NCBI GenBank assembly: GCA_963851265.1
Contig: CAWKNZ010000002.1
Location: 1,056,001 to 1,120,000, forward strand
DNA from: an uncultured Gemmatimonadales bacterium
GTDB lineage: Bacteria; Gemmatimonadota; Gemmatimonadetes; Gemmatimonadales; Gemmatimonadaceae
Reading direction: 5' to 3'
DNA length: 64,000 nucleotides
Shown piece by piece: positions 41,341-51,568 of this stretch (position 1 is the stretch's first letter; each line of letters starts with the position of its first letter). The notes below the pieces were generated by a model. That model did no database searches. It had not been told where the DNA came from and saw nothing but the letters and a program-made list of their open reading frames with translations. The position numbers and the translations under genes were made by a program.

Positions 41341-43261
41341 GCGCTGGCCCGCGGCGGCCGGCACGCTCGCGCGCACCTTCGGCGTGCGCGGAGCGGCGTT
41401 CCGCGCCGTGCACGAGCTACGGCGCGCCGCGAACCGGTTCCGCGCCGCGCCGCGACACCCGCTCGTGGTCGACCGGCTGCGCGCCGACGCGACCTTCCGC
41501 GTGGACGCGGCGCGCCTGGCCGCGGCCACCGACGCGGCGGCCGCGATCGCGCGCGGCGACCGCGTCCTCGCCGGCGAACACGAGGCGTACCGGTGGACGT
41601 GGATGCCGCTTCCGACCACTCCCGCCGCGTGGCTCCGGCATCCGCGCACCGCACACGTCCACCCGGGCCGCGCGCCCTGGTGGACGGTGGCGCACCTCGA
41701 CGCGTCGGCGGGCGACATCAAGGACGTGTGGGAGCCGGCGCGCTTCGGCTGGGTCTACGATCTCGTTCGGGCGTCGCTCGTCTCGGGGGACCCGCGGTAC
41801 TCGGCGGCGTTCATCCGCGAGTTCGAGCGTTGGGCGGCGAGCAGCCCGCCGTTCGCCGGACCGCACTGGTCGTGCGGCCAGGAGACCGCGATTCGTGCGG
41901 TCGCGCTGTTGTACGCCGAAGCGAACCTGCCACTCGCGCCCGACGCCGCGGCCGCGGTCCTCGCCACGCTCGCCGCGTCCGGGGAACGGATCAACGACGC
42001 GCTCGGCTACGCCGTCTCGCAGCGCAACAATCACGCGATCTCCGAGGCCGTAGGGCTGCTCGCGATCGGGGCGCGGTTGCGTGACGCACACCCCGAAGCG
42101 GCCCGGTGGGAGGCGCGGGGGCGTCGATGGTTCGCGCGGCTCGTGTCGGAGCAGTTCGCCGACGACGGGTGGTACGCCCAGCACTCGTTCACGTACCTGC
42201 GACTCGCGCTCGACCAGTGCATCGTCGGCGCACGGGTGCTTCGCGCGGCCAGCGGCGAGCTTCCCGACGTCGCCGTGCAGCGGCTACGCGCAGCCGTGGC
42301 GTTGCTGCTCGCCGTCGTTGAGCCCGAGTCGGGCGATGTGCCCAACTACGGCGCCAACGATGGTGCGTTCGTGCACCCGATCACGACGGCTGCCTATCGC
42401 GATTTCCGCCCCGTGATCACCGCCGCGTGCGCGACGTGGGACATTCCGCTCCCCGAGAACGTCGTGTGCGACGCCGAAGCGCTCGCCTGGCTCGGCCTCC
42501 CCGCGCCAAGCCCCGCCCCGCCGCTCGTCGACGGGGTGCAACACGGCGCGTCCGGCTGGGCGGCGGCGCGCGTCGGGAACACGCGCGTGTTCGTTCGCGC
42601 GGGCCGCTACGCGAGCCGGCCAAGCCACGTCGATCCGCTGCACGTCGACGTGCGGTTCGGGCGCGAGCCGGTGATCGTCGACGCCGGCACGTTCGCGTAC
42701 AACGCGGCGGCCCCGTGGCGGAATGGGCTCGTGACGGCGCACGTGCACAACGGCCCACTGCTCGATGAGCGCGAGCCGGGCGTACGCGGTCCGCGCTTTC
42801 TGTGGTACGCTTGGCCCGACGCGCGGTTGGCGGCGGTCGGGTGGTCCGGCGGCGTCGCGACCATCGTCGCCGAACGCGGCGGTGAGGTGCGGCGCACCAT
42901 TCGTGTGACGCCGGAGCGCGTCGAGATCGAGGATCACGTCGAGCCGGGTATCGCGGACGAAGTGGCCGTACGCTGGCTTCTTCACCCCGACGCGATCGAC
43001 TCGTCGCTCCACGTCGACATCCTCGAGCGCGAGGACGGTCCCGCGCAGACGGAGGTCGTCCGCGCGATCGAGGGCAGGGTGGATGGCTGGTACTCGCCGG
43101 CGTATGGGGTCCGCCAGCCGTCTCGGACCGTCGTCGTCCGGCGCGCCGCGCGACGCGGTGGCACACTGGTGACGACCATCTGCCCGCGCGATGGCCGGCC
43201 AGGTGGTACATCGTCCAGTGTCCCGGCCGCCGAACGCCTCCTCGCCATCGCACCCGCATGA
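41327..43261 (+). CDS. Heparinase II/III family protein
   Basis: GDIKDVWEPARF, NNHAISE, DG.Y.QHSFTY, PNYGANDG, HVD.LH and DAGTFAYN motifs. Confidence 0.88.
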   Translation: MLPVRRWPAAAGTLARTFGVRGAAFRAVHELRRAANRFRAAPRHPLVVDRLRADATFRVDAARLAAATDAAAAIARGDRVLAGEHEAYRWTWMPLPTTPAAWLRHPRTAHVHPGRAPWWTVAHLDASAGDIKDVWEPARFGWVYDLVRASLVSGDPRYSAAFIREFERWAASSPPFAGPHWSCGQETAIRAVALLYAEANLPLAPDAAAAVLATLAASGERINDALGYAVSQRNNHAISEAVGLLAIGARLRDAHPEAARWEARGRRWFARLVSEQFADDGWYAQHSFTYLRLALDQCIVGARVLRAASGELPDVAVQRLRAAVALLLAVVEPESGDVPNYGANDGAFVHPITTAAYRDFRPVITAACATWDIPLPENVVCDAEALAWLGLPAPSPAPPLVDGVQHGASGWAAARVGNTRVFVRAGRYASRPSHVDPLHVDVRFGREPVIVDAGTFAYNAAAPWRNGLVTAHVHNGPLLDEREPGVRGPRFLWYAWPDARLAAVGWSGGVATIVAERGGEVRRTIRVTPERVEIEDHVEPGIADEVAVRWLLHPDAIDSSLHVDILEREDGPAQTEVVRAIEGRVDGWYSPAYGVRQPSRTVVVRRAARRGGTLVTTICPRDGRPGGTSSSVPAAERLLAIAPA

Positions 43262-45420
43262 AGCAGTTGCTGCAACAGCTCGACACGGGGGTGACCCGGC
43301 TCGTCGACGTCCCCGCGCCGAGTGCCGGCTCCGCCGCGCTCGTCGTCGAGACACGGGCGACGGTCGTCTCGGCAGGCACGGAGCGCATGCTCGTCGAGTT
43401 CGGTCGCGCCAACCTGCTCGACAAGGCGCGCCAGCAACCCGATAAGGTCCGTCAGGTGCTCGACAAGGTGCGCACGGACGGGCTCGCGCCGACGCTCGAG
43501 GCGGTACGCGCCAAGCTGGATGCGCCCATCCCGTTAGGCTACTGCCACGCCGGGGTGGTCGTCGAGGCCGGCGACGGCGTGCGCCAGTTCCGGCGCGGCG
43601 ACCGCGTCGTGACCAACGGCGCGCACGCCGAGTACGTGCGCGTGCCGCAGACGCTCGCGGCCCGCATCCCCGACGCGGTCGGCTTCGAGACGGCGGCGTT
43701 CACCCCACTCGCCGCCATCGGCCTGCAGGGAGTGCGGCTCGCCGCCCCCACGCTCGGCGAGACCGTCGTGGTCTACGGGCTCGGTCTCATCGGCCTGCTC
43801 ACCGTGCAGTTGCTCCGCGCGAACGGGTGCCGCGTGATCGGGATCGACCGCGACGCCGCGCGCCTCGCTCTCGCCGAGCGCTTCGGAGCGACGGTGATCG
43901 ACGGCGGGGCGGGGGTGGCCGCGGAGCACGTGCTCGCGCATACGCGTGGCGTGGGAGCGGACGCCGTGTTGCTCACACTCGCATCGCAATCGGACGAGCC
44001 GGCACACGACGCCGCCGTGATGAGCCGCAAGCGCGGCCGGATCGTGCTCGTCGGCGTGACGGGACTCCACCTGCGACGCGACGACTTCTACCGCAAGGAG
44101 CTTTCGTTCGCGGTGTCGTGTAGCTACGGACCGGGCCGCTACGACCCCGAGTACGAGGAGGCCGGGCGCGACTATCCGCTCGCCTTCGTGCGGTGGACCG
44201 AACAGCGGAACTTCGACGCGGTCCTCGCGCTCATGGCACAGGGAGCCGTCGATCCGCTCCCGCTCGTCACGCACCGCGTCGCATTCGACGACGCGCCCGC
44301 CGCGTACGACGTGATTGCGGGCGGAACTCCGAGCCTGGGCGTCGTGCTCCAGTATCCCGACCGCGGTGGCGAGCGCCCGACGGCCGCCGCGCGACTCGTC
44401 GCCACACCCGGCGCGGGCGCGGCCGGGCGCGCCCGCAAGCCGACACCGGGAGTGGTCGGCGTGATTGGGGCAGGCAATTTCGCGGTTCGCACCCTGCTGC
44501 CCGCGTTACAGGCGACCGGTGCGCGTCTACAGACCATCGTATCGTCGGGCGGAACGACCGGTGCGATTGCGGCTCAGAAGTTTGGCTTCGCGCAGACGAG
44601 CAGCGACGTCGATGACGTCCTCAACGACAGCGTCGTCGACACCGTGTTCGTGCTCACTCGACACGATTCGCACGCGCGGCTCGCCGAGCGCGCGCTCGGC
44701 GCGGGTAAGCACGTGTTCGTCGAGAAGCCGCTCGCGCTGACCGAGGACGCGCTCGAGCGCGTGCGCGAGGCGCAAGCGGCATCGGGCCGACTGCTCACGG
44801 TCGGCTTCAACCGCCGGTTCGCGCCGCTGACGCGGGAAGTTCGTGCGCTTCTGCGCGGCCGCGCGGGACCGGTGTCGGTGATCGCGACCGTGAATGCGGG
44901 CGCGATCCCGCGCGATCATTGGACGCAGGACCCGGAGGCGGGTGGCGGCCGCATCGTCGGTGAGGCGTGCCACTTCATCGACCTCTGCCGCGCGCTGGTC
45001 GGCTCACCGATCCGCGAACTCCAGGTCGCCACGGCGCGCGATGCCGCCGGCCGGCCGATCGACGACATCGCGCACCTGTCGCTCGGCTTCGACGACGGAT
45101 CCACGGCGGCGGTGCACTACCTCGCGACCGGGGCACGCGCGTTCCCGAAGGAGCGGATCGAGTGCTTCTGGGATGGGAAGACGGCCGCAATCGACAACTG
45201 GCGTCGCGTGCACCGGTACGGCGTACCCGGCCCGATGTGGGAGCGATCGCGGGCGATGGACAAGGGCCACGCAGAGGAGCTGCGGCGCTGGATGGCAGCC
45301 GTGCGGGGTGAGGGCGCGCTTCCGATTCCGCTCGACGAGCTGTTCGAAGTCTCGCGCTGGTCGGCGTACGCGGGACGCGTCGCACGCGCGGGCGACGCCG
45401 GCGGCGCGCCTGCGTGTTGA
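43258..45420 (+). CDS. Bi-domain oxidoreductase (MDR/Zn-ADH-like plus Gfo/Idh/MocA)
   Basis: SAGTE, GLGLIGLL, SCSYGPGRYD, GAGNF, VFVEKPLA, GFNRRF and GGGRIVGEACH motifs. Confidence 0.92.
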   Translation: MKQLLQQLDTGVTRLVDVPAPSAGSAALVVETRATVVSAGTERMLVEFGRANLLDKARQQPDKVRQVLDKVRTDGLAPTLEAVRAKLDAPIPLGYCHAGVVVEAGDGVRQFRRGDRVVTNGAHAEYVRVPQTLAARIPDAVGFETAAFTPLAAIGLQGVRLAAPTLGETVVVYGLGLIGLLTVQLLRANGCRVIGIDRDAARLALAERFGATVIDGGAGVAAEHVLAHTRGVGADAVLLTLASQSDEPAHDAAVMSRKRGRIVLVGVTGLHLRRDDFYRKELSFAVSCSYGPGRYDPEYEEAGRDYPLAFVRWTEQRNFDAVLALMAQGAVDPLPLVTHRVAFDDAPAAYDVIAGGTPSLGVVLQYPDRGGERPTAAARLVATPGAGAAGRARKPTPGVVGVIGAGNFAVRTLLPALQATGARLQTIVSSGGTTGAIAAQKFGFAQTSSDVDDVLNDSVVDTVFVLTRHDSHARLAERALGAGKHVFVEKPLALTEDALERVREAQAASGRLLTVGFNRRFAPLTREVRALLRGRAGPVSVIATVNAGAIPRDHWTQDPEAGGGRIVGEACHFIDLCRALVGSPIRELQVATARDAAGRPIDDIAHLSLGFDDGSTAAVHYLATGARAFPKERIECFWDGKTAAIDNWRRVHRYGVPGPMWERSRAMDKGHAEELRRWMAAVRGEGALPIPLDELFEVSRWSAYAGRVARAGDAGGAPAC

Positions 45421-46058
45421 AGCGGATCGTCGACGTCGTCGGCGCTGCACTGGGACTGGTCCTGCTGTCGCCCGTGATGCTCGGCGTTGCTCTCGTCGTC
45501 GCACGGCGAATCGGACGCCCCGTGCTGTTTCAGCAGACGCGTCCGGGGCTGCACGGTCGGCCGTTCACGATCTACAAGTTCCGCACGATGCGGGACGCGG
45601 TTGGCACCGACGGCCAGCCGCTGTCCGACGCCGAGCGCATGACGTCGCTCGGCCGGATCCTGCGCGGCGCGAGTCTGGACGAGCTGCCCGAGCTGTACAA
45701 CGTGCTACGAGGCGAGATGAGCCTCGTCGGCCCGCGCCCCCTTCTGATGCAGTACTTGCCGCTGTACACGCCGAGGCAGGCTCGGCGCCACGAGGTGCGG
45801 CCAGGGATCACCGGTTGGGCGCAGGTAAACGGCCGCAATGCGATCACGTGGGAAGACAAATTCGAGCGCGATGTGTGGTATGTGGAGCACCACTCCGTCG
45901 CGTTGGACCTGCGTATACTCCTTCTGACCGTCGCCCGGGTGTTCTCGCGCCACGGTGTGAGCGCAGCGGGAGAGGCGACGATCACGCCGTTCACGGGCTC
46001 TCACGCAGTGGTCGCTCCGGAGCCCGTTCGGCGGCAGCACGAACCGTCCCCTACGTAG
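45414..46058 (+). CDS. Phosphoglycosyl transferase (Bac_transf; PglC/EpsL-like)
   Basis: KRIVD, KFRTM, SLDELPEL.NVLRGEMSLVGPRP and PGITGWAQVNGRN motifs. Confidence 0.93.
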   Translation: MLKRIVDVVGAALGLVLLSPVMLGVALVVARRIGRPVLFQQTRPGLHGRPFTIYKFRTMRDAVGTDGQPLSDAERMTSLGRILRGASLDELPELYNVLRGEMSLVGPRPLLMQYLPLYTPRQARRHEVRPGITGWAQVNGRNAITWEDKFERDVWYVEHHSVALDLRILLLTVARVFSRHGVSAAGEATITPFTGSHAVVAPEPVRRQHEPSPT

Positions 46059-46181
46059 GCGCACAACTTCCGCTCGCGGCATGTTGATCGTCCGCATGGC
46101 GACGCCCAGCGGCGTCCGCGCCCGCCTCGGCTTCGGATCGCGCCCGGGCGCGATCTCGATATTCGACAGCGCCGCGCCGGC

Positions 46182-46883
46182 ATGACGGAATTCGAGTTCG
46201 CCGCATCGCCGCTTCGCGCCCGGACGCGTCGGCTGCTGATCTGGGGTGCCGGCGGTCACGGCCGAGTCGTCGCCGATCTCGCGCGCGCACTCGGCTACAC
46301 GATCGTCGGGTACATCGACCGCGACGAGGCAAGAGTCGGAGACGCCGTCGAGCCCGGCGGGGCGCGCGTCGTGATCGGCGAGCGCGCGTTCGTCGAGGCC
46401 GTTGCGGCTGGTGCGGAGTACCCCGGGCACGACGCGGACGTCGCCGTCGCGATCGGCGACAACGCCGTCCGTCTCGCCTGCGTCGCATCGCTCGGTGCGC
46501 ACCACGTTCCGGCGCTCGTCCATCCGACGGCCGTGTGCAGCGATTCGGCGACCGTCGGTGCTGGAACGGTGGTGCTTCCGCGCGCGGTCGTGAACGCCGC
46601 CGCGCGCGTCGGAGCGGCGGTGATCGTGAACTCCGGCGCCATTGTCGAGCACGACTGCACGGTCGGCGACGGCGCTCACCTCTCGCCCGGGTCGATCCTC
46701 ACGGGCGGGGTGCGTGTGGGTGCGCGCGCGTGGGTCGGCGCCGGCGCGACCGTCATCCCGCTCGTCACGGTGGGGGACGACGCGGTCGTCGGCGCAGGCG
46801 CGGTAGTGATCCGCGACGTTCCGCCCGGTGCCACGGTCGTGGGGAACCCCGCCCGCGTGCTCACGCCGAAGCGGCGCGCGTAG
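46182..46883 (+). CDS. Sugar acetyltransferase (PglD/NeuD family)
   Basis: WGAGGHGRVV, AIGDN..R, HPTA, EHDC hexapeptide repeats and VVGNPAR. Confidence 0.92.
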   Translation: MTEFEFAASPLRARTRRLLIWGAGGHGRVVADLARALGYTIVGYIDRDEARVGDAVEPGGARVVIGERAFVEAVAAGAEYPGHDADVAVAIGDNAVRLACVASLGAHHVPALVHPTAVCSDSATVGAGTVVLPRAVVNAAARVGAAVIVNSGAIVEHDCTVGDGAHLSPGSILTGGVRVGARAWVGAGATVIPLVTVGDDAVVGAGAVVIRDVPPGATVVGNPARVLTPKRRA

Positions 46884-46918
46884 CGCCGGAAGGCGCCACG
46901 CGCGAGCGCGGCGGCGTC

Positions 46919-48241
46919 TCAGTCGCCGCGTGCCCCGGGGACCTGGCGGCCGATGGAGGCGTAGCGGAAGCCTAGTGCGGCCATGCGCGCCGGATCGTAG
47001 AGATTACGGCCATCGATGATCACGGGCTGCCGCAGACCGGCCTTGATCCGGGCGAAGTCGGGGTTCCGGTACTCACTCCAATCCGTGACGATCACGAGCG
47101 CGTCGGCGCCGTGCGCCGCGTCGTAGTTCGTCTCGGCGTACTCGATGCGGTCGCCCAGCCGGCGTCGCGCCTCCTTGATGGCCTCGGGGTCGTGGGCGAC
47201 GACGGACGCACCGCGCGCGAGTACGCCTTCGATGAGCGTGAGCGATGGAGCCTCGCGCATGTCGTCGGTCCGCGGCTTGAACGCGAGGCCCCAGACCGCG
47301 ATCCGGCGCCCTTCGAGTGGGCCGTCGAGCTCGGCCGCGAGCTTCTCGAGCAGCCGCGTCTTCTGGCGGTCGTTGGCCGCCTCGACGGCCTCGAGAACCT
47401 GCAGCGGCGATCCGGCATCGTGTGCGGTGCGCACGAGCGCCTGCACGTCCTTCGGGAAGCACGACCCGCCGTAGCCGGGTCCCGGGAACAGGAACGACCG
47501 GCCGATGCGGGAGTCCGTTCCGATCCCCTCGCGCACGAGGTCGACGTTCGCGCCGACCTGATCGCAAAGGTTGGCGATCTCGTTCATGAACGAGATGCGC
47601 GTCGCGAGCATCGCATTGGCCGCGTACTTCGTCATCTCCGCGGACGGGATGTCCATGAAGATGATCGGGTTGCCGGTCCGGACGAACGGCGCGTAGAGCG
47701 TCGCCATCACGCTCCGCGCGAAGTCGCTGTCGACGCCGAGCACGACGCGGTCCGGCTTCATGAAGTCGTCGACCGCCGCGCCCTCCTTCAGGAACTCGGG
47801 GTTGCTGCATACGTGGAACGGCACGCTCGAGTGCCGCGCCACCGCGGCGCGCACCTTGGCCGCGGTCCCGACGGGGACGGTGGACTTGGTGACGATCACC
47901 GCCTCGCGCGTGAGGCGGCGTCCGACCGTGTCGGCCACGGCCAGCACGTGCCGCAGGTCGGCCGAGCCGTCCTCGTCGGGTGGCGTGCCGACCGCGATGA
48001 AGACCACCTCCGCGTGCTCGACCGCGGCGCCCACGTCGGTGGTGAACGCGAGTCGCTTCTGCACCTGGTTGCGCTCGACGAGCGCGTCCAGGCCCGGCTC
48101 GTAGATCGGGAGGACGTTGTTCCGGAGTCCCTCGATCTTGGCGACGTCGAGGTCGGCGCAGACGATGTCGTTGCCGGTTTCCGCGAGGCAGGCGCCGACC
48201 ACGAGTCCGACGTAGCCGGTGCCGATGACAGAAATCTTCAC
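46919..48241 (-). CDS. ugd: UDP-glucose 6-dehydrogenase
   Basis: KISVIGTGYVGL, KSTVPVGT, NPEFLKEG, GYGGSCFPKD and GLAFKP.TDDMRE motifs; GTG start at 48241. Confidence 0.95.
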   Translation of the reverse strand: MKISVIGTGYVGLVVGACLAETGNDIVCADLDVAKIEGLRNNVLPIYEPGLDALVERNQVQKRLAFTTDVGAAVEHAEVVFIAVGTPPDEDGSADLRHVLAVADTVGRRLTREAVIVTKSTVPVGTAAKVRAAVARHSSVPFHVCSNPEFLKEGAAVDDFMKPDRVVLGVDSDFARSVMATLYAPFVRTGNPIIFMDIPSAEMTKYAANAMLATRISFMNEIANLCDQVGANVDLVREGIGTDSRIGRSFLFPGPGYGGSCFPKDVQALVRTAHDAGSPLQVLEAVEAANDRQKTRLLEKLAAELDGPLEGRRIAVWGLAFKPRTDDMREAPSLTLIEGVLARGASVVAHDPEAIKEARRRLGDRIEYAETNYDAAHGADALVIVTDWSEYRNPDFARIKAGLRQPVIIDGRNLYDPARMAALGFRYASIGRQVPGARGD

Positions 48242-48291
48242 GTTAGGAGGAGCGGGGGTGGCGGGGTGGGGGCGACGAGACGCGCCGATGG

Positions 48292-49449
48292 TCAGACGGC
48301 GGCGGGGTGGAGCTCCGCGGCGCCTAACGTAGCCCTGACGGCCGCGGTGACGCGTGCTTGGTCCCGAGCGGTGAGTGACGACGACGACGGTAGGCACACG
48401 CCGGTGCGGTACAGGCGCTCGGCGACGCCGCCGCCGATCACGCCGCAGCCTTCGAACATCGGCTGCATGTGCATCGGGCGCCAGACGGGGCGCGCCTCGA
48501 TGTCGTCGGCCCCCAGTCGCGCGACGAGCGCGGTCGGCGTCGCCGCCGCGACGTCGGGGTCGAGGAACATGACCGTGAGCCATCGCGAGTGCGTGCCCCA
48601 GGCGGCCTCGCGCTGGAACTCGACGCCGGGCAGCGAGCCGAGCGCGTCGCGGTAGCGTTCGAACACGGCTCGGCGCTGGGCGACGCGCTCGGCGAGCACG
48701 GTGATCTGCCCGCGCCCGATCCCGGCGAGGACGTTGCTCAGCCGGTAGTTGTAGCCGAGCTCCGCGTGCAGGTACTCGACCGCCGGCTCGCGCGACTGGT
48801 TGGCCCACTTGCGCATGCGCGCGAGGGCGTCGGCGTCGCGCGTGACGACCATCCCGCCGCCGGTGGTCGTGATGATCTTGTTGCCGTTGAAGCTCAGGAT
48901 GGCGTAGTCGGCGGTGGTCGCGGTCGGGCGGCCGCCGTACGTCGCGCCGAGCGACTCGGCCGCGTCCTCGACGAGGGTCACGCCGTACTCGGCGCACGCG
49001 TGCGCGATCGCGTCGACGTCGGCGTGTTGGCCGTACAGGTGCACCGCGACGAGCGCCTTCGGCAGCGCGCCGCGCCGCGCCGCGTCGCGCAGGTACTCCG
49101 CGACGAGATCCGCAGAGACGTTGCCCGACTCGGCCTCGCTGTCGACGAATACCGGCGTCGCGCCGAGGTACAGGATGGGCCACACGGAGCCCGCGAACGT
49201 GAGCGACGAAACGGCGACCCGGTCGCCCGGGCCGACGCCGACGGCGCGCAGCACGAGGTGTAAGGCCGCCGTGCCGCTCGCAGTCGCCAGGGTGCGCACG
49301 CCGTGGCCTAACGCAGAGGCGACGTCGGCTTCGAAGCCGTCGAGGCTGGGCCCGGTCGATGACAGCCAGTTCGTGCGGAACGCCTCGTCCACGAACGAGC
49401 GCTCGAGGCCGCTCATGTGTGGGACGGAGAGGTAGATGCGATCGGACAT
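48292..49449 (-). CDS. DegT/DnrJ/EryC1/StrS aminotransferase (PglE/EpsN-like)
   Basis: SGTAALHL, EDAAESLGA, SFNGNKIITT.GGG, GYNYRLSN and RPVWRPMH motifs. Confidence 0.94.
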   Translation of the reverse strand: MSDRIYLSVPHMSGLERSFVDEAFRTNWLSSTGPSLDGFEADVASALGHGVRTLATASGTAALHLVLRAVGVGPGDRVAVSSLTFAGSVWPILYLGATPVFVDSEAESGNVSADLVAEYLRDAARRGALPKALVAVHLYGQHADVDAIAHACAEYGVTLVEDAAESLGATYGGRPTATTADYAILSFNGNKIITTTGGGMVVTRDADALARMRKWANQSREPAVEYLHAELGYNYRLSNVLAGIGRGQITVLAERVAQRRAVFERYRDALGSLPGVEFQREAAWGTHSRWLTVMFLDPDVAAATPTALVARLGADDIEARPVWRPMHMQPMFEGCGVIGGGVAERLYRTGVCLPSSSSLTARDQARVTAAVRATLGAAELHPAAV

Positions 49450-49628
49450 GACTGGCGGGACGGCGCGCGAACCGGGGCCGACCCGTCGCCCCCGCCCCAG
49501 GGCGGTCGCGCGGGCCGCGAAACCGACTCGTTATACTTCGCGGGCTAACACGTTAACCTTGTTCGGGTTACCTGCGCCACGGTCGAGTACGTGATGGTCC
49601 GTCGGCGCGGCCTCGCGACTCCCCCCGC

Positions 49629-51533
49629 ATGCTCCAGATCCGGAACCGCCACCTGATGACGGCCGACGCGCTGCTACTCGGCGCGGCAGCGGCGCTCGCG
49701 TTCGTGGCGCGATTCGAGACGTGGTCGCTGCCGCGGGGTGTGGCCGTCGTGCTTGGCGTGTATCTCGGCGTGGCGATGCCGCTACGGCTGCTCGCGTTCG
49801 TGCGGCTCGGGCTGTACTCGCGGCTCTGGCGGTACGCCGGCCCTGCAGACCTCAGGTCCCTCGTCGCCGCCGCGGCCACGTCCGTCGTGATCTGCACCGG
49901 CACCGGGCTGCTGCTCCCGATCACGGGGCTCGCACGGGTGCCATACGGTGTTCTCGCCCTCGACGGCCTGTTGAGCGCGCTCTTCCTCGCGCTGCCTCGC
50001 GTCGCACTCCGGATGCACGCGCCGAGCGCGCCGCGGCCGCGTGCCAACACGAGGCGCGTGCTCGTCGTCGGCGCCGGCTCGGCGGGCTCGTTCATGGTGC
50101 GCGAGCTACGCGCCCATCCGCAATTGCACCTGACGCCGGTCGCGTTCGTCGACGACGACCCATACAAGGCGCACCGCACGCTCCAGGGCGTTCCCGTGGT
50201 GGGACGCGTGGACGAGATTCCCGGCATCGCGCGGCAATTCGAGATCGATGAGATCGTCATCGCGATGCCCTCGGCGCCCGGCGCGGCGCTGCGGCGCGTG
50301 ATGCAGGCCGCCGCCGACGCGGGCGTACCGGCGCGCACCGTCCCGGGGATGTTCGAACTCATCTCCGGCGCGAAGTCGGTCAGCGCGCTGCGCAAGGTCG
50401 CGATCGAAGACCTGCTCCGCCGGGCGCCGATCAAGACCGATCTCGCGCGCGTTCGCAGCCTCGCCCAGGGAAAGACCGTGCTCGTCACCGGCGCCGGCGG
50501 GTCGATCGGGTCGGAGCTCTGTCGGCAGATCGCGCAACTCGGTCCGAGTCGCATCGTCGCCGTTGGACGTGGCGAGAATTCGGTGTTCGAGCTGCTACAG
50601 GAGTTCACGCGCACGTTTCCCAACGTTCCCGTCCACCCGGTCATCGCCGACGTGCGCGACCGGACGCGACTGGAACCCGTGTTCGACGCGTTCGAGCCGG
50701 CGACGGTGTTTCACGCCGCCGCGCACAAACACGTCCCGCTCATGGAGCAGAACGTGTCGGAAGCGGTGCTCAACAACGTGCTCGGCACGCACGTGCTCGC
50801 CGAACTCGCGGCCCGTCACGGCACGGAGCGGTTCGTGCTCGTCTCGAGCGACAAGGCCGTGCGTCCGTCGAGCGTGATGGGCGCCACCAAGCGCATCGCG
50901 GAGGGCGTGCTGCAGGACGTCGGACGCGACGGCACGTGCCGCTTCGTCTCGGTGCGTTTCGGCAACGTGCTGGGGAGCCGCGGAAGCGTGATCCCGACGT
51001 TCATGCGCCAGATCGCCGCGGGCGGCCCGGTCACGATCACGCACCCCGAGATGACGCGCTACTTCATGACGATCCCCGAGGCCGTCCAACTGGTGCTCCA
51101 GGCGGGCGCGATGGGCACCGGGGGCGAGGTCTTCGCACTCGACATGGGCGAGCCGATCCGCGTGATCGACCTCGCGCGCGACCTCATCCGGCTTTCGGGA
51201 GTGAGCGAGCAGGACATCGAGATTCGCTTCACAGGGATGCGGCCGGGTGAGAAGCTCTACGAGGAGGTGTTCTTCGACGAGGAGAACGCTTCGCCGACGG
51301 AGCACCCCAAGGTCCTCCGCGCACGGAACGCCGAACTGCACATCGCTCGGCAGGGCTCGCTCTCCGCGCTCATCACGCTCGCCCGCCGTAACGGCGACGC
51401 CGACGAGATCCGGCGCGCCATCAAACAGTTGGTGCCCGAATACACCGGCGCGGCGAGCGAGAAGATCACCCAGACGCCGAGCACGGCGCACCAACCGGAC
51501 GCGAGCTTGATCGGGCTCGCCGCCGCGAGCTGA
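49629..51533 (+). CDS. UDP-GlcNAc 4,6-dehydratase with N-terminal TM region (PglF/CapD family)
   Basis: 4 TM helices, IEDLLRR, TGAGGSIGSELCRQ, HAAAHKHVP, SDKAVRPSSVMGATKR and RFGNVLGSRGSV motifs. Confidence 0.94.
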   Translation: MLQIRNRHLMTADALLLGAAAALAFVARFETWSLPRGVAVVLGVYLGVAMPLRLLAFVRLGLYSRLWRYAGPADLRSLVAAAATSVVICTGTGLLLPITGLARVPYGVLALDGLLSALFLALPRVALRMHAPSAPRPRANTRRVLVVGAGSAGSFMVRELRAHPQLHLTPVAFVDDDPYKAHRTLQGVPVVGRVDEIPGIARQFEIDEIVIAMPSAPGAALRRVMQAAADAGVPARTVPGMFELISGAKSVSALRKVAIEDLLRRAPIKTDLARVRSLAQGKTVLVTGAGGSIGSELCRQIAQLGPSRIVAVGRGENSVFELLQEFTRTFPNVPVHPVIADVRDRTRLEPVFDAFEPATVFHAAAHKHVPLMEQNVSEAVLNNVLGTHVLAELAARHGTERFVLVSSDKAVRPSSVMGATKRIAEGVLQDVGRDGTCRFVSVRFGNVLGSRGSVIPTFMRQIAAGGPVTITHPEMTRYFMTIPEAVQLVLQAGAMGTGGEVFALDMGEPIRVIDLARDLIRLSGVSEQDIEIRFTGMRPGEKLYEEVFFDEENASPTEHPKVLRARNAELHIARQGSLSALITLARRNGDADEIRRAIKQLVPEYTGAASEKITQTPSTAHQPDASLIGLAAAS

Positions 51534-51568
51534 CGGCGCCCCCGGCCGCCGCCCTGTCCGCCGGCGAT

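Noticed and set aside
46136..46155. Perfect 20-bp palindrome GATCGCGCCCGGGCGCGATC between the PGT and acetyltransferase genes
   Set aside because: Single GC-rich palindrome; one such is not unexpected in 64 kb of this composition. No U-tract and no second copy seen.
4676..49312. bldA-like TTA-codon regulation
   Set aside because: TTA codons fall in essential genes (accC, alaS, ftsK), and the motif also occurs in non-TTA frames and antisense, so a DNA-level explanation fits better.
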